DNA of 64,000 nt from Squalus acanthias (Eukaryota). Below, piece by piece: positions 51,547-64,000 of this stretch. The notes beneath the pieces were generated by a model, which saw only the letters and a list, made by a program, of their open reading frames with translations, did no database searches and was not told where the DNA came from. Location of the stretch: NCBI GenBank assembly GCA_030390025.1, contig CM059432.1, positions 47,122,001-47,186,000 on the forward strand, written 5' to 3'. The stretch's first letter is position 1; every line of letters begins with the position of its first letter. Made by a program: the position numbers and the translations under genes.

Positions 51547-52955
51547 CCGACAAGGTGGAAAACTGCCCAGGTACATCCCATCCCCAAAAAGCAGGATAAA
51601 TCTAATCCGGTCAATTACCGCCCCATCAGTCTACTCTCAATCATCAGCAAATTTATGGAAGGTGTCATCAACAGTGCTATCAAGCGCCACTCACTCACCA
51701 ATAATCTGCTCACCGATGCTCAGTTTGGGTTCCACCAGGACCACTCCGCTCCAGACCTCATTACAGCCTTGGTCCAAACATGGACAAAGGAGCTGAATTC
51801 CAGAGGTGAGGTGAGTGTGACTGCCCTTGACATCAAGGTAGCATTTGACCAAGTGTGGCATCAAGAAGCCCTAGTAAAATTGAAGTCAATGGGAATCAGG
51901 GGGAAACTCTCCACTGGCTGGAGTCATACCTAGCACAAAGAAAGATGGTTGTGGTAGGCCACTCATCTCAGCCCCAGTACATCGCTGCAGGAGTTCCTCA
52001 GGGCAGTGTCCTAGGTCCAACCATCTTCAACTGCTTCATCAATGACCTTCCTTCCATCATAAGGTCAGGAGTGGGAATGTTCGCTGATGATTGCACAGGG
52101 TTCAGTTCCATTTGCAAATCCTCAGATAATGAAGCAGTTCATACCCGCATCCAGCAAGACCTGGACGACATTCAGGCTTGGGCTGATAAATGGCAAGTAA
52201 CATTTGTGTCACACAAGTGCCAGGCAATGACTATCTCCAATAAGAGAGAGTCTAACCACCTCCCCTTGACATTCAACGGCATAAAATCGCCGAATCCCCC
52301 ACCATCAACATCCTGGGAGTCACCATTGACCAGAAACTTAACTGGACCAGCCACATAAGAGCAGGTCAGAGGCTGGGTATTCTGCGGTGAGTGTCTCACC
52401 TCCTGACTCCCCAAAGCCTTTCCATCTACAAGGCATAAGTCAGGAGTGTGATGGAATACTCTTCACTTGCCTGGATGAGTGCAGCTCCAACAACACTCAA
52501 GAAGCTCAACACCATCCAGGACAAAGCAGCCCGTTTGATCGGCACCGAATCCACCACCTTAAACATTCACTCCCTCCACCACTGGCACACTGTGGCTGCA
52601 GTGTGTACCATCTACAAGATGCACTGCAGCACCTCGCCAAGGCTTTTTCGACAGAATCTCTTAAATCCAAGACCTCTACCACCTAGAAGGACAAGGGCAG
52701 CCGGCGCATGGGAACACCATCACCTCCAAATTCCCCTCCAAGTCACACACCATCCTGACTTGGAAATATATCGCCATTTCTTCATCGTCGCTGTGTCAAA
52801 ATCCTGGAACTCCCTCCCTAACCGCACTGTGGGAGTACCTTCACCACATGGACTGCACCGGTTCAAGAAGGCAGCTCATCACCACCTTCTCAAGGGCAAT
52901 TAAGGATGGGCAATAAATGCTGGTCTTGCCAGCGACGTCTGCATCCCAGGAATAA
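51547..52955 (+). mobile_element. CR1/L2-group LINE RT fragment, inserted in a SINE tail downstream of the CNGB3 stop
   Basis: [39 protein letters not shown] motifs with frameshifts. Confidence 0.92.
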
Positions 52956-54664
52956 AAAAGGATATAGCTCCCTTCACAATCTCCGGACATCCCAAAGCGC
53001 TTTACAGTCAATGAAGTACTTTATGAACTATAGTCATTGTTGTATTGTAGAAAACCTCTATATACTCTTACTAAAATACAAGCCATAGCTATAATATCAA
53101 TACAATAACAATTGTTTGTTTTAATCCTTAATAATCCAAATGTTGTAATTATGTAATAACTTCTTGTATGTGAAGTCTTCAGTCGTTTCCTTGTTATATT
53201 ATACTTAGTAACTGTAGATGAAACCTTTACAAGGTTTGTGTTTGAATAAACTTCTGTAAATGTTCATGGAGCCTGGATTGGCAGCTCCAAAAGTATTTCA
53301 GTCCTTCAACTGAAACTTAGGTTCTTCAGTAATTGCATGTCCACTTGAAGTGTCCACTGTCTAATTCTGCTTTTACAGAGTACAAACTATAGTGTCAGTA
53401 CATGTCCTCAGCAGGGGGAAGATTTCTTCTGTTTGCTATTTGTACTGAAATTATAAATAAATATAAAATTTTAAAGCCAGATAGCAATTCTATTCTATGT
53501 CTTGATTTCAATGCAAGTTGCTTGGACTTTCTCAGCTGTTGTTTAAGGTGTTCCATTGAGTTCATATCATGATTCTGAAACAGCTAGTGAAATAAACAAT
53601 AGGATTTCAGTATCTCTCCTTCATTGTGCTTCAAGACATTTTGGTATAAATGAATTTCCAATAAACCCAAGTTCATAAAGTAAAGCTGATAATCAGAAGT
53701 TGTGATGTTCTGGATTCTGCCTCCTGTGACATGTGGAACAACATCCCAGAACCTTTAGCTGTGTTAGAGATCATGAAATTCCTCTTTTAACTAAAAATAA
53801 TTCCAGAATGCCTGTTTTTCTTCCTAATTAACAACCTCCTAAAATCGTATTTTCAGAAATTGCACATTTCAAAGCTGTGCGTTTTCAGAATTTTATTTCT
53901 GAGAGAACAACCATTCCCCTGTTAAAAAATGAACTTTGCTTCCCGCATATACTGTATATTTTCTAGTATAGTGCACCACCATAATAAAAACACACTCCTC
54001 CATTTTTGTCTGCTTAAAACTGTTAACATAAGCTAATTTTCCATGTTGTAGTGCAAAGGAAAAGCTCTAAAATTGCTTGGTATGTATGCTGAGGTACATG
54101 GCAATAGTTTTGCTAATTTACTTCATGTGTAGCAATATAAGCAGTTTCATAAAGGTTTCTACCATATTACCTGAGTCTTTTGCTAACAATTTTAATTTTA
54201 ACATCCACGTATAGCATGAACCTCCATACCTTTGGCACATTTGGGTGGCGAGAAATGCATATTGTACACAAAGATTATGGTATACCTTTGTACACTTGAT
54301 ATAACCAAGCATTCCAAGGAAAATAGTGATATATTGGCATAATATATGGGCAAAACATTCTGCGATCCCACAGTACTGGAGAGGCCTCACAAGCATCTGG
54401 TGACTTATTGGAAAATCATTGGTGCACTGCCCACAGTTTTCCATCTGTGAATTTCAATGAATGGAAAATTATGGGCAGTGGACTCCCAATTATTCAATAA
54501 GCCAGCCATTGTGAGACCCTGCCATTGGTATGGGTTCTTGAAACATTGCTACTTGTATGTTAGCTTATTGTTACCACTCTTGGCCTAGAAATTGTATCCC
54601 GCTGCACCCAGTTTACAGGCGTAAAACGGGTGCAAGGGACAATGTTGGGTCGGCCGATTTTTCA

Positions 54665-54875
54665 GGTGTCCTTGGCCATAACGCCATTCCTTCATTGTCG
54701 TGGAGTCAAAATCTTGGAACTCCCTACCTAACATTATTGTGGGTGAACCTTCACCACACGGACTGCAGCAGTACAAGAAGAATGCTCACCACCACCTTTT
54801 CAAGGGCAACTAGGGATGGGCAACAATGTCAGCCTTGCCAGTGACGCCCACATCCCGAGACTGAATTTTAAAAGA
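54665..54875 (+). mobile_element. CR1/L2-group LINE 3' end
   Basis: tggaactccctacctaac...gggatgggcaac. Confidence 0.72.
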
Positions 54876-55551
54876 AGTAATGAATTATATAATCAAGACA
54901 ATGGCATTGAGATAACCTCAACCTAAGGAAAGAAGAAATGAATAAAGGAAAGAGAATTCTCCAAGTTAATATTTGTAATTACACTGAAAGCATTTTACTG
55001 TTTACAGCTCTCTTGAATTCAATGTCACCATTTTATTAGATGGGTTATAAATACTCACATAAATCCTACCTTTCACTTTCTCACTGCTTCAATTTGTAGC
55101 AGAGCCACGATGATCATCTTTCTTCTGAGACAGCATTAATAGCTCGATGTCCTCTGTACATCATCAGGACATTCTCCTACCAACTTGCTGCCATTCAGTA
55201 CCTGCATGACTTCTACTTGCCTGCAGAGACATTTTATGACATTGTGTAGAGGAGATTTGTGCCCTAAGTTTCTTTCTCATCACTCAAAGCAAACACTTTA
55301 GCAGATTTACTGTAACCACTAACTGAGGAAAAAAGACTAATTAAATTTGACCAGACTGGTAATTTACATAAAGTAGCAACTGCTATTAAATGCTTTGATG
55401 CAGATATTTGGTAATGGAAATTGTATCTTCAGTTGGATGGAACAGAAATAATGGGTAAATTTTGTGAGATTTCTCTCCCGACAGAAGCCCAAATTAGAGA
55501 ATTAGGCTTGGAATTGAACAAGGCTAGTTTGCTGTTCTCCCAATTTTCAAA

Positions 55552-56392
55552 TACAACAACAACTTGTATTTATATAGTGCCGTTAACGTAGTAAAACGTC
55601 CCAAGACGCTTCACAGGAGTATTATGTCAAAAAATTTGACACCGAGCCACATAAGGAGAAATTAGGGCAGCTTATCAAAAGTTTGGTTAAAGAGGTAGGT
55701 TTTAAGGAGCATCTTAAAAGAGGGAAGAGAGGTAGAGAGGCGGAGAAGTTTAGGCAGGGAATTCCAGAGCTTAGGGCCTAGGCAACAGAAGGCACGGCCA
55801 ACAATGGTTCAGCGATTATAATCAGGGATGCTCAAGAGGGTAGAATTAGAGGAGCGCAGATATCTCGGGGGGTTGGGGGGGGGGGGTTGTGGGGCTGGAT
55901 GAGATTACAGAGATAGGGAGAAGCGAGGCCACGGAAGGATTTGAAAACAAAGATGAGAATTTTCAAATCGAGGCGTTGCTTAACCGGGAGCCAATGTAGG
56001 TCAGCGAGCACAGGGGTGATGGGTGAACAGGACTTGGTGCGAGTTAGGACACGGGCAGCCGAATTTTGGATGACCTCAGGTTTACGTAGGGTGGAATGTG
56101 GGAGGCCAGCCAGGAGTGCGTTGGAATAGTCAAGTCTAGAGGTAACAAAGGCATGGATGAGGGTTTCAGCAGTGGATGAGCTGAGGCAAGGGCAGAGACA
56201 GGCGATGTTCCGGAGGTGGAAATTGGCGGTCTTAGTTATGCTGCGGATATGTGGTCAGAAGTTCATTTCAGGGTCAAATATGACACCAAGGTTGCGAATA
56301 GTGTGGTTCAGCCTTAGACAGATGTTAGGGAAGGGATGGCGTCAGTGGCTAGGGAACGGAGTTTGTGGCGGGGCCCGAAGACCGTGGCTTTA
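55552..56392 (-). mobile_element. L2 LINE 3' fragment
   Basis: Near-colinear with 62510-63300; (ttg)n tail; SRLDYSNALLAG on the minus strand. Confidence 0.88.
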
Positions 56393-57609
56393 ATTGGGAA
56401 GACCCAATATAAAATCATTAATTTTAATCATTAAGTTATTTTTCCACAAGGCTTTTTTTCTCAACTCACTGCTGAAAAGATTCTGTGGCACATGTTTTGG
56501 CATTGCCGTTTTTTGGTTGCCTCTAGGAGTTGGAACAAAAGGGCTTAGAATTTTCTCTTGGCAGGTTTGCTGGCAATAAGTCAGCAGGGAGGGCTTTATG
56601 CCTATCTGACTGAATCACTGCCAACCTGGAAAATGTCCTGGTATCAGTCTCATTTGGGCAAGATCCCAGTGGAAGTCATGCAGGTATTCAACGGCAGCAA
56701 GTTGATAGGAGAATAAATGATATTTGCCAGATCAAGCAACCTCAATTGGGTGCTTACTACCGAGGGTGGAGGGGGGCAAGAGATGGATACCTGCATCAGC
56801 TTCAAAGGTCAGGTAGCCTTGGGTTTAAAAACAAATGATATTGCCTCAATGAATTACAGTGATGTGGAACTGCCTAACCATTGTCCCACATTACATCTAT
56901 TATCCTTTTTTAGTTATTTACATCATTGCTGGTGTTGCACCTCCCTAATAATACTGGACGAGTGATGAATGTGGATGCTATTAGTGTCCAGCATTGCCAA
57001 GGTGATAAAGCTGAAAAGTGCCCTGTATGATGTTACACCGCCATTATCGCCAAATTTGAATGTGCCATCTGCCATCACATCTTGCGGAAAATATATGTGT
57101 AGTGCAAAAATACAGCCTTGGGTGTCCCTTTGGGAAATCTTCTATATTTCTGATTTTTGAATTCAGAGGAAAAGTGATGTAACAATGCCAGGCACCCTCG
57201 ATAGTAAGCACTCGATCGAGATGGCACCAAAGGAGGACTCTGCCCACCTCTCGTTATATTCCAAACCACATATACAGGTAAAGATACATTTATCTTGATT
57301 TGTTTGAGCAACTATGGGGTAGAAATTGGTTGGCGCCAGAACTTGGGCACAAACCCAGTGGCCATCAGGATGCGACCACCATGCTAGGAGTGCCAGTGGC
57401 GCCCAAAGATCCAGTACGCACATCTGGACGAGGATGAAGGTCAGCAACCAGCCCACGGTAAGTCTGGGGAGGGGGGGTGGGGAGGAGATCGGATGGTGGG
57501 GGGCGCAAGAGCAGTGGCCCCCAATTGGTCGCAGCCTCAAGTGACCCCTTTAAGGGTATCTGGTTTGGCTGCTCCAAGGCCTGAAAAAACTGACCATATC
57601 AAGCACAGC

Positions 57610-59150
57610 CACTCTCTGTGGTAAAGCATTCCATGCTGCCACAGCCCTCTGTGTAAAAAAAAAATTATCATAATCTCTCATTTTGTATTCTCAGTGGCAA
57701 TTTTAAAATGATGCCCCCTTGTCCCTGACTCCCCAAACAGAGGAAATAGTCTTTCCCTATTCATTCTATCAAAACCATTCATAATTTTAAAATATTAAGG
57801 GGTAAAAATTCACTTGGTTGCGCCACCCGTTAGCGCCTTAAGAGGGCGCTAATGGGGCGCAAAGCCGCTAACGCCCGGGCGCAGCGATGTTTGCGCCGCT
57901 CGAGAACTTAACTTGAGATTGTGCGGCGGCGCTAAAACTTACCGCTGCGACCACCTGCGCGCGCAGATTGTGACGTCATTCCATGGTGCAACGCCCTTGG
58001 GGCGCCCCGTAGCGGAAATTGAGTGGCGCCCCCTGCCTTACCGCCTGGCGCTTCCAACGACCAGAAGACTGGAACGCTATCAATCGCTGTGGGGCTGGGG
58101 GGGGCGCTATTTAAAGGGGGCCTCTTCCTGTCTTTTATTGTTGGTGGCATTTTTGAACTACGCATTCTGAGAGAGAGAGGGAGAGACTTCTGGAGAGATT
58201 CAACGTTGTGTGAAGGAGTTTTGGGTACTGAGCAGCACTTTGCAGGTTCATTTTGATTTGCCATTCCTTGTATCGATTTAGCAGAGACCGTGGGAGCTGC
58301 ACTCTGAGCTCTTTGCCTGGTGCTCTCCATTGTTCTTTCCAGCACATTTGATGTGCAAGTCTCTCCAGGCCGAGATTCAAGGCAGCAATGAACAGGATGT
58401 GGATGGAAAGCAAGATTAACCATCCCCTTTAAGAACTGGCCCGTGCCATTGTGTGTGTGTTCCATTGCTGACTGACATTACATGAGCTTCGCCAGCGCTC
58501 CGAGTTAGCGCCTCACTGCTCGGCCTTTGCGCCTTAAGAGAGGTGTGCAGCGCCTGCTTTAGCGCTCCACTCACCTCCCGGGGCGGTAAAAGTGAAGTTT
58601 CCCGTCAGTGCCGATAATTAGCGCCAGGCGCTAATATTTGCGTCCGGACGATATTTGCGCCCCAAATGGGGCGCGACCTAATTTCTACCCCTAAATCTCC
58701 TCAGCCTTCTCTACTCTAATGGAGAAAGTCCCAAAAGTACAAGTCTCTCGTCAAAAGTTTACCATCCTTGGCATAATCCTGGTGAATCTTCACCATATGT
58801 TCTCTGTGGTTTAACTGTCCTTTCGATAGTACACACAGTATTCTAACTGTGGCCTAATCAATGTTCTGTATAAATTCATCATTACTTCTTTACTCTTGAA
58901 CTTTATGCCCCTATTTATAAAACCCAAAATTCTATTGCTCTTTTTATAGTTTAATTACCTACACTTGCACTCAGAGAATTATATATTTGAACCCCTAAAT
59001 GTCTCTGTTCATCTAATCCCTTCAGTGTCTTTCTTTTAAGTGTATACTCGTAGTTCTTGTTTTTTACTCCCAAAAAGTATTACTTCACACGTCCACATTA
59101 AATTGCATCTGCCACCTTCTGCTCATTCTGCTAAATTCTCAATGCCTTCC
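57610..59150 (-). mobile_element. Old CR1 3' fragment interrupted by a MITE
   Basis: Similarity to 11850-12540 on both sides of 57799-58691. Confidence 0.72.
57799..58691. mobile_element. Harbinger MITE with TAA TSD
   Basis: taa-ggggtaaaaatt ... aatttctacccc-taa. Confidence 0.88.
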
Positions 59151-59151
59151 T

Positions 59152-62075
59152 AGAATCATAGAATCATGGAATGGTTACAGCACAGAAGGAGGCCATTCTC
59201 TCGATCTACACTGTCTAGACCCCACATGATTTTGAACACCTCTATCAAACCGCCTCTCAACCTTCTCTGCTCTAAGGAGTACAACCCCAGTTTCCCTCGT
59301 CTATCCACGTAACTGAAGTCCCTCATCCCTGGAATCATTCTCATGAATCTTTTCTGCAGCCTCTCCAAGGCCTTCACATCCTTACTAAAGTGCGGTGCCC
59401 AGAATTGGACACAATACTCCAGGTGAGGCTGAACCAGTTTTTTATAAAGGCTCATCATAACTTTCTTGTTTTTGTACTGAATGCCTCTATTTATGAAGCC
59501 CAGGATCCCGTATGCTTTTTTAACCGCTTTCTCAACATGCCCTGCCACCTTCAATGATTTGTGCACATACACCCCCAGGTCTCTCTGTTCATGCATCCCC
59601 TTTAGGTTTGTACCCTTTAGTTTATATTGCCTCTACTCGTTCTTCCTACCAAAATGTATCACTTTGCAGTTTTCTGCAGTAAATTTCATCTGCCACGTGT
59701 CCGCCCATTTCACCAGCCTATGTCTTCTTGAAGTCTATCACTATCCTCCTCACTGTTCACTATACTTCCAAGTTTTGTGTCATCTGCAAATTTTGAAATT
59801 GTGCCCTGTACACCCAAGTCTAAGTCATTAATATATATCAAGAAAAGCAGTGGTCCTAGTACCAACCCCTGAGGAACACCACTGTGTAACTTCCTCCAGT
59901 CCAAAAAACAACCGTTCACCACTGCTCTCTGTTCCCTGTCATTTAGCCAATTTCGCATCCATGCTCACTGTGCCTTTTATTCCATGGGCTTCAACTTTGC
60001 TGGCAAGCCTATTATGTGGCACTTTATCAAACGCCTTTTGGAAGTCCATGTACACTATGTCAATCGCATTGCCCTCATCAACCCTTTCTGTTACCTCATC
60101 AAAAAACTCGATCAAGTTAGTTAAATATGATTTGCCTTTAAAAAATCCATGCTGGCTTTCCTTAATTAATCCACACTTGTCCAAGTGACTGTTAATTTTG
60201 TCCCTGATTATCATTTCTAAAAGCTTCCCTACTACCGAGGTTAAACTGACTGGCCTGCAGTTGCTGGGTTTATCCTTACACCCTTTTTTGAACAAGGGTG
60301 CAACATTTGCAATTCTTCAGTCCTTTGACACCACCCCCGTATTTAAGGAGGATTGGAAGATTATGGCTAATACATCCGCGATTTCCTCCTTAATTTCCCT
60401 CAGCATGCTAGGATGCATCCCAACCAGTCCTGGTAACTTATCAACTTTAAGTACAAGCAGCCTTTCTAGTACCTCCTCTTTATCAATTTGTATCTCATCC
60501 AGTATCTCCACTACCTCCTCTTTCACTGTGACTTTGGCAGCATCTTCTTCCTTGGTGAAGATAGATACAAAGTACTCACTTAGTACCTCAGCCATGCCCT
60601 CTGTCTCCATGCGTAGGTCTCCTTTTTGGTCCCTAATAGGCCCCACCCCTCCTCTTACTACCCATTTATTATTTATATGCCTATAGAAGACTTTTGAATT
60701 CCCTTTTATGTTAGCTGCCAATCTATTCTCATATTCTCTCTTTGCCCCTCTTATTTTCTTTTTCACTTCCTCGCTGAACTTTCTATATTCAGCCTGATTC
60801 TCACTTGTATTCTCAACCTAACATCTGTCATACGCGCTCTTTTTCTGCTTCATCTTACACACGCTCTTTCGTCATCCAGGGAGTTCTGGCTTTAGTTGCC
60901 CTACCTTTCCCCTCGTGGGAATATACCCGAACCATCTCCTTATTAAAGGCAGCTCATTGTTCCACTACAGTTTTGCCTACCAATCTTTGATTCCAACTTA
61001 TGTGTGCCAGGTCTGTTCTGAACCCACTGAAATTTGCCTTCCTCCAATTAAGTATTTTTACTCTAAATTGCTCCCTGTCCTTTTCCATAGCTAACCTAAA
61101 CCTTATGATACTATGATCACTGTTCCCTAAATGTTCCCCTAATGACACTTGCTCTACTGGACCCATCTCATTCCCCAGAACCAGATCCAGCAATGCCTCC
61201 TTCCTCATTGGACCAGAAACCAACTGATCAAGAAAGTTCTCCTGAACACACTTCAGAAATTCTTCCCCCTCTCTGCCTTTTACACTATTACTATCCCAGT
61301 CTATATTAGGATAATTGAAGTCCCCCATTATCACTACCCTATAGTTCTTGCACCTCTCTGTAATTTCCCTGCAAATTTGCTCCTCTATATCTTACCCACT
61401 AGTTGGTGGCCTATAGAATACACCTAGTAGTGTAATGACACCTATATTATTTCTTAACTCTAACCAAATAGATTCTGCCCTTGACCCCTCCAGGACATCC
61501 TTTCTCTCCAGCACTGTAATATTCTCCTTAACTGCCACACCACCTCCTATCTTTCTTCCCTCTCTTTCCTGAACACCTTATATCCAGGAATATTTAAAAC
61601 CCAATCCTTCCTTTTTTTGAACCAGGTCTCCATTATCGCCACAACATCATATTCGCATGTGGCTATTTGCTCCTGCAGCTCACCAATCTTATTTACCATG
61701 CTTCGTGCGTTTACACACATGCACTGTAAACCTATCTTAGATCTTCTTGTATTCTCTCTTAGTCTGACCCCACCTAATACCGCACTATTTCTTACTCTAG
61801 TGCTATATGTCTCTCCCAATCCTTTGTGCACGTTGTTTCTCCTTTCTAAAGCTACATCCTGGCGCCCATCCCCCTACCAAATTAGTTTAAACCCTCCCCA
61901 ACAGCATTAGCAAACCCCCCCCCACGAGGACATTGGTCCCGGCTCTGTTGAGCTGCAACCCTTCCGGCCTGTACAGGTCCCACCTCCCCCAGAACCAGTC
62001 CCAATGTCCCAGGAATCTGAAGCCCTTCCTCCTGCACCATCTCTCCAGCCACACATTCATCTGCTCTATCCTGAA
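59152..62075 (-). mobile_element. Long CR1 LINE: ORF1 esterase C-terminus plus ORF2 (APE endonuclease and RT), frameshifted, with internal deletions
   Basis: WLERWCRRKGFRFLGHW..F..RWDLY..GLQLN (SGNH esterase), NARS, MGDFNYP, SDH, QHGF, DFQKAFDKVPH, FADD; (attctatg) tail. Confidence 0.93.
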
Positions 62076-62509
62076 ATATTTTACTTTCTTTCTTACTGTT
62101 GGCCAAAACTCCCACTTTTGTTTCATCAGCAAATTTCAAGACTGTGTTCCCTAAGTCTAAATCATCCCCCCTGCCCCTATGGGAACACTGCTGGCCACTT
62201 TTTCCCTGCACACCACATGCAAATGGTGGCCGAAAGGGTAGGGCCCAGGTCACCAAAGGATTTTCCTCCCAATGCTAGCCAGGCCTACTGGCACCTTCTC
62301 TATCCTGGTCACAGGAGGCAGCAGTAAATGGACCAGACAGAAGTAATAGTCCTGGGTTCCCCCCAATGTAGGGAGAGGGCTTTGTAACAACCTCCTCTCC
62401 CTCCAATCTGAGCACCAGTGACACCTATGCAGGCCTTGATCTCTGCCGAGGCATACAAGGCTGCAGCTCCCTCGGTCTTTACAGTTTGGAGCCATGTGCT
62501 AATTTGAGA

Positions 62510-64000
62510 AACAACAACAACAATAACTTGTATTTATATAGCGCCTTTAACGTAGTAAAACGTCCCAAAGCGCTTCACAGGAGTGTTATAAGACAAAAAA
62601 TTGACACCGAGCCACATAAGAAATTAGGGCAGATGACCAAAAGCTTGCCAATGAGATAGGTTTTAAGAAGCATCTTAAAGGAGGAAAGAGAGGCGGAGAG
62701 GTTTAGGGAGGGAGTTCCAGAGTCTAGGCAGCTGAAGGCACGGTCACCAATGGTGGAGCGATTATAATCAGGGATGCTCAAGAGGGGGGTTGTGGGGCTG
62801 AAAGAGATTACAGAGATAGGGAGGGGCGAGGCCATGGAGGGATTTGAGAATTTTGAAATCAAGGCGTTGATTAACCAGAAGCCAATGTAGGTCAGCGAGC
62901 ACAGGGGTGATGGGTGAACGGGACTTGATACGAGTTAGGACACGGGCAGCCGAGTTTTGAATGACCTCAAGTTTACGTAGGATGGAATGTGGGAGGCCAG
63001 CCAGGAGTGCGTTGGAATAGTCAAGTCTAGAGGTAACAAAGGCATGGATGAGGGTTTCAGCAATGGATGAGCTGAGGCAAGGGCGGAGACGGGCGATATT
63101 CCGGAGGTGGAAATAGGCGGTCTTAGTTATGCCACGGATATGTGGTCGGAAGCTCATTTCAGGGTCAAATATAACACCAAGGTTTCAACAGTCTGGTTCA
63201 GCCTCAGACAGATGCTAGAGAGAGGGATGGATTTGGTGACTAGGGAAAGGAGTTTGTGGCGGGGCCCAAAGACAATGGCTTCGGTCTTCCCAATATTTAA
63301 TTGGAGAAAATTTCTGCTCATCAAGTGCTGGATGTCGGATAAGCAGTGTGACAATTTAGAGACCATGGAGGGGTCAAGAGGTAGTGGTGAGGTAGAGTTG
63401 GGTGTCGTCAGCGTACATGTGGAAACTGACACTGTGTTTTTGGATGATGTCGCCAAGGGGCAGCATATAGATGAGAAATAGGAGGGAGCCAAGGATAGAT
63501 CCTTGGGGAACCCCAGAGGTAATGATGCAGGAGTGGGAAGAGAAGCCATTGCAAGTGATTTTCTGGCTACGATTAGCTAGATAAGAATGGAACCAGGCGA
63601 GTGCAGTCCCACCCAGCTGAATGACGGTGGAGAGGCGTTGGAGGAGGATGGAGCGGTCAGCCATGTCAAAGGCTGCAGACAGGTCGAGAAGGATGACGAG
63701 GGATCGTTTACCTTCATCACAGTCACAAAGGATGTCATTTCTGACTTTGATGAGAGCCGTTTCGGTACTGTGGCAGGGGCGGAAACCAGATTGGAGGGAT
63801 TCAAACATGGACTTCCGGGAAAGATGGACACGGATTTGGGTGGTGACAACACAGTCAAGGACTTTGGAGAGGAAAGGGAGGTTGGAGATGGGGCGGTAGT
63901 TTGCAAAGACGGAGGGGTCAATGTTTGTTTTTTGAGAAGAGGGGTGATGACAGCAGATTTGAGGGAGAGGGGGACAGTACCTGCGGAGAGTGAACCGTTA
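62510..64000 (-). mobile_element. L2 LINE 3' half (continues past window end)
   Basis: QSGFRPCHSTETAL, LLDLSAAFD, YADDTQLY, SRLDYSNALLAG, LHWL; (ttg)n tail. Confidence 0.93.

Noticed and set aside
59152..62075. Active autonomous CR1
   Set aside because: ORF2 is broken into several frames with deletions and ORF1 is 5'-truncated.

Overview
Vertebrate genomic DNA, most likely a cartilaginous fish (inferred from the repeat repertoire: Deu-domain tRNA/L2-tail SINEs, shark-type CR1, abundant PIF/Harbinger, Penelope). The only host gene is the 3' part of a cyclic-nucleotide-gated channel beta subunit on the + strand, best matching CNGB3. It has four firmly supported coding exons (12658-12776, 25722-25868, 38023-38200, 50978-51274) that splice in frame through the cyclic-nucleotide-binding domain to the stop, plus a candidate extra 148-nt exon (48117-48264) that would change the C-terminus. 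The ~12-13 kb introns and downstream DNA are packed with decayed transposons: CR1 and L2 LINEs, a second CR1/L2-group LINE, SINEs, a Penelope GIY-YIG fragment, palindromic Penelope-end elements with hammerhead-ribozyme remnants, a 39-bp minisatellite, and many PIF/Harbinger elements (HARBI1-like transposase relics, intron-containing Myb/SANT partner genes, MITEs with 3-bp TSDs). No intact autonomous element and no clearly new biological system is demonstrable from sequence alone. The best leads are the hammerhead-bearing hairpin elements with reciprocal nesting in Harbingers, the candidate alternative CNGB3 tail exon, and nested inverted repeats around one exon. Repeat boundaries without a stated TSD are approximate.
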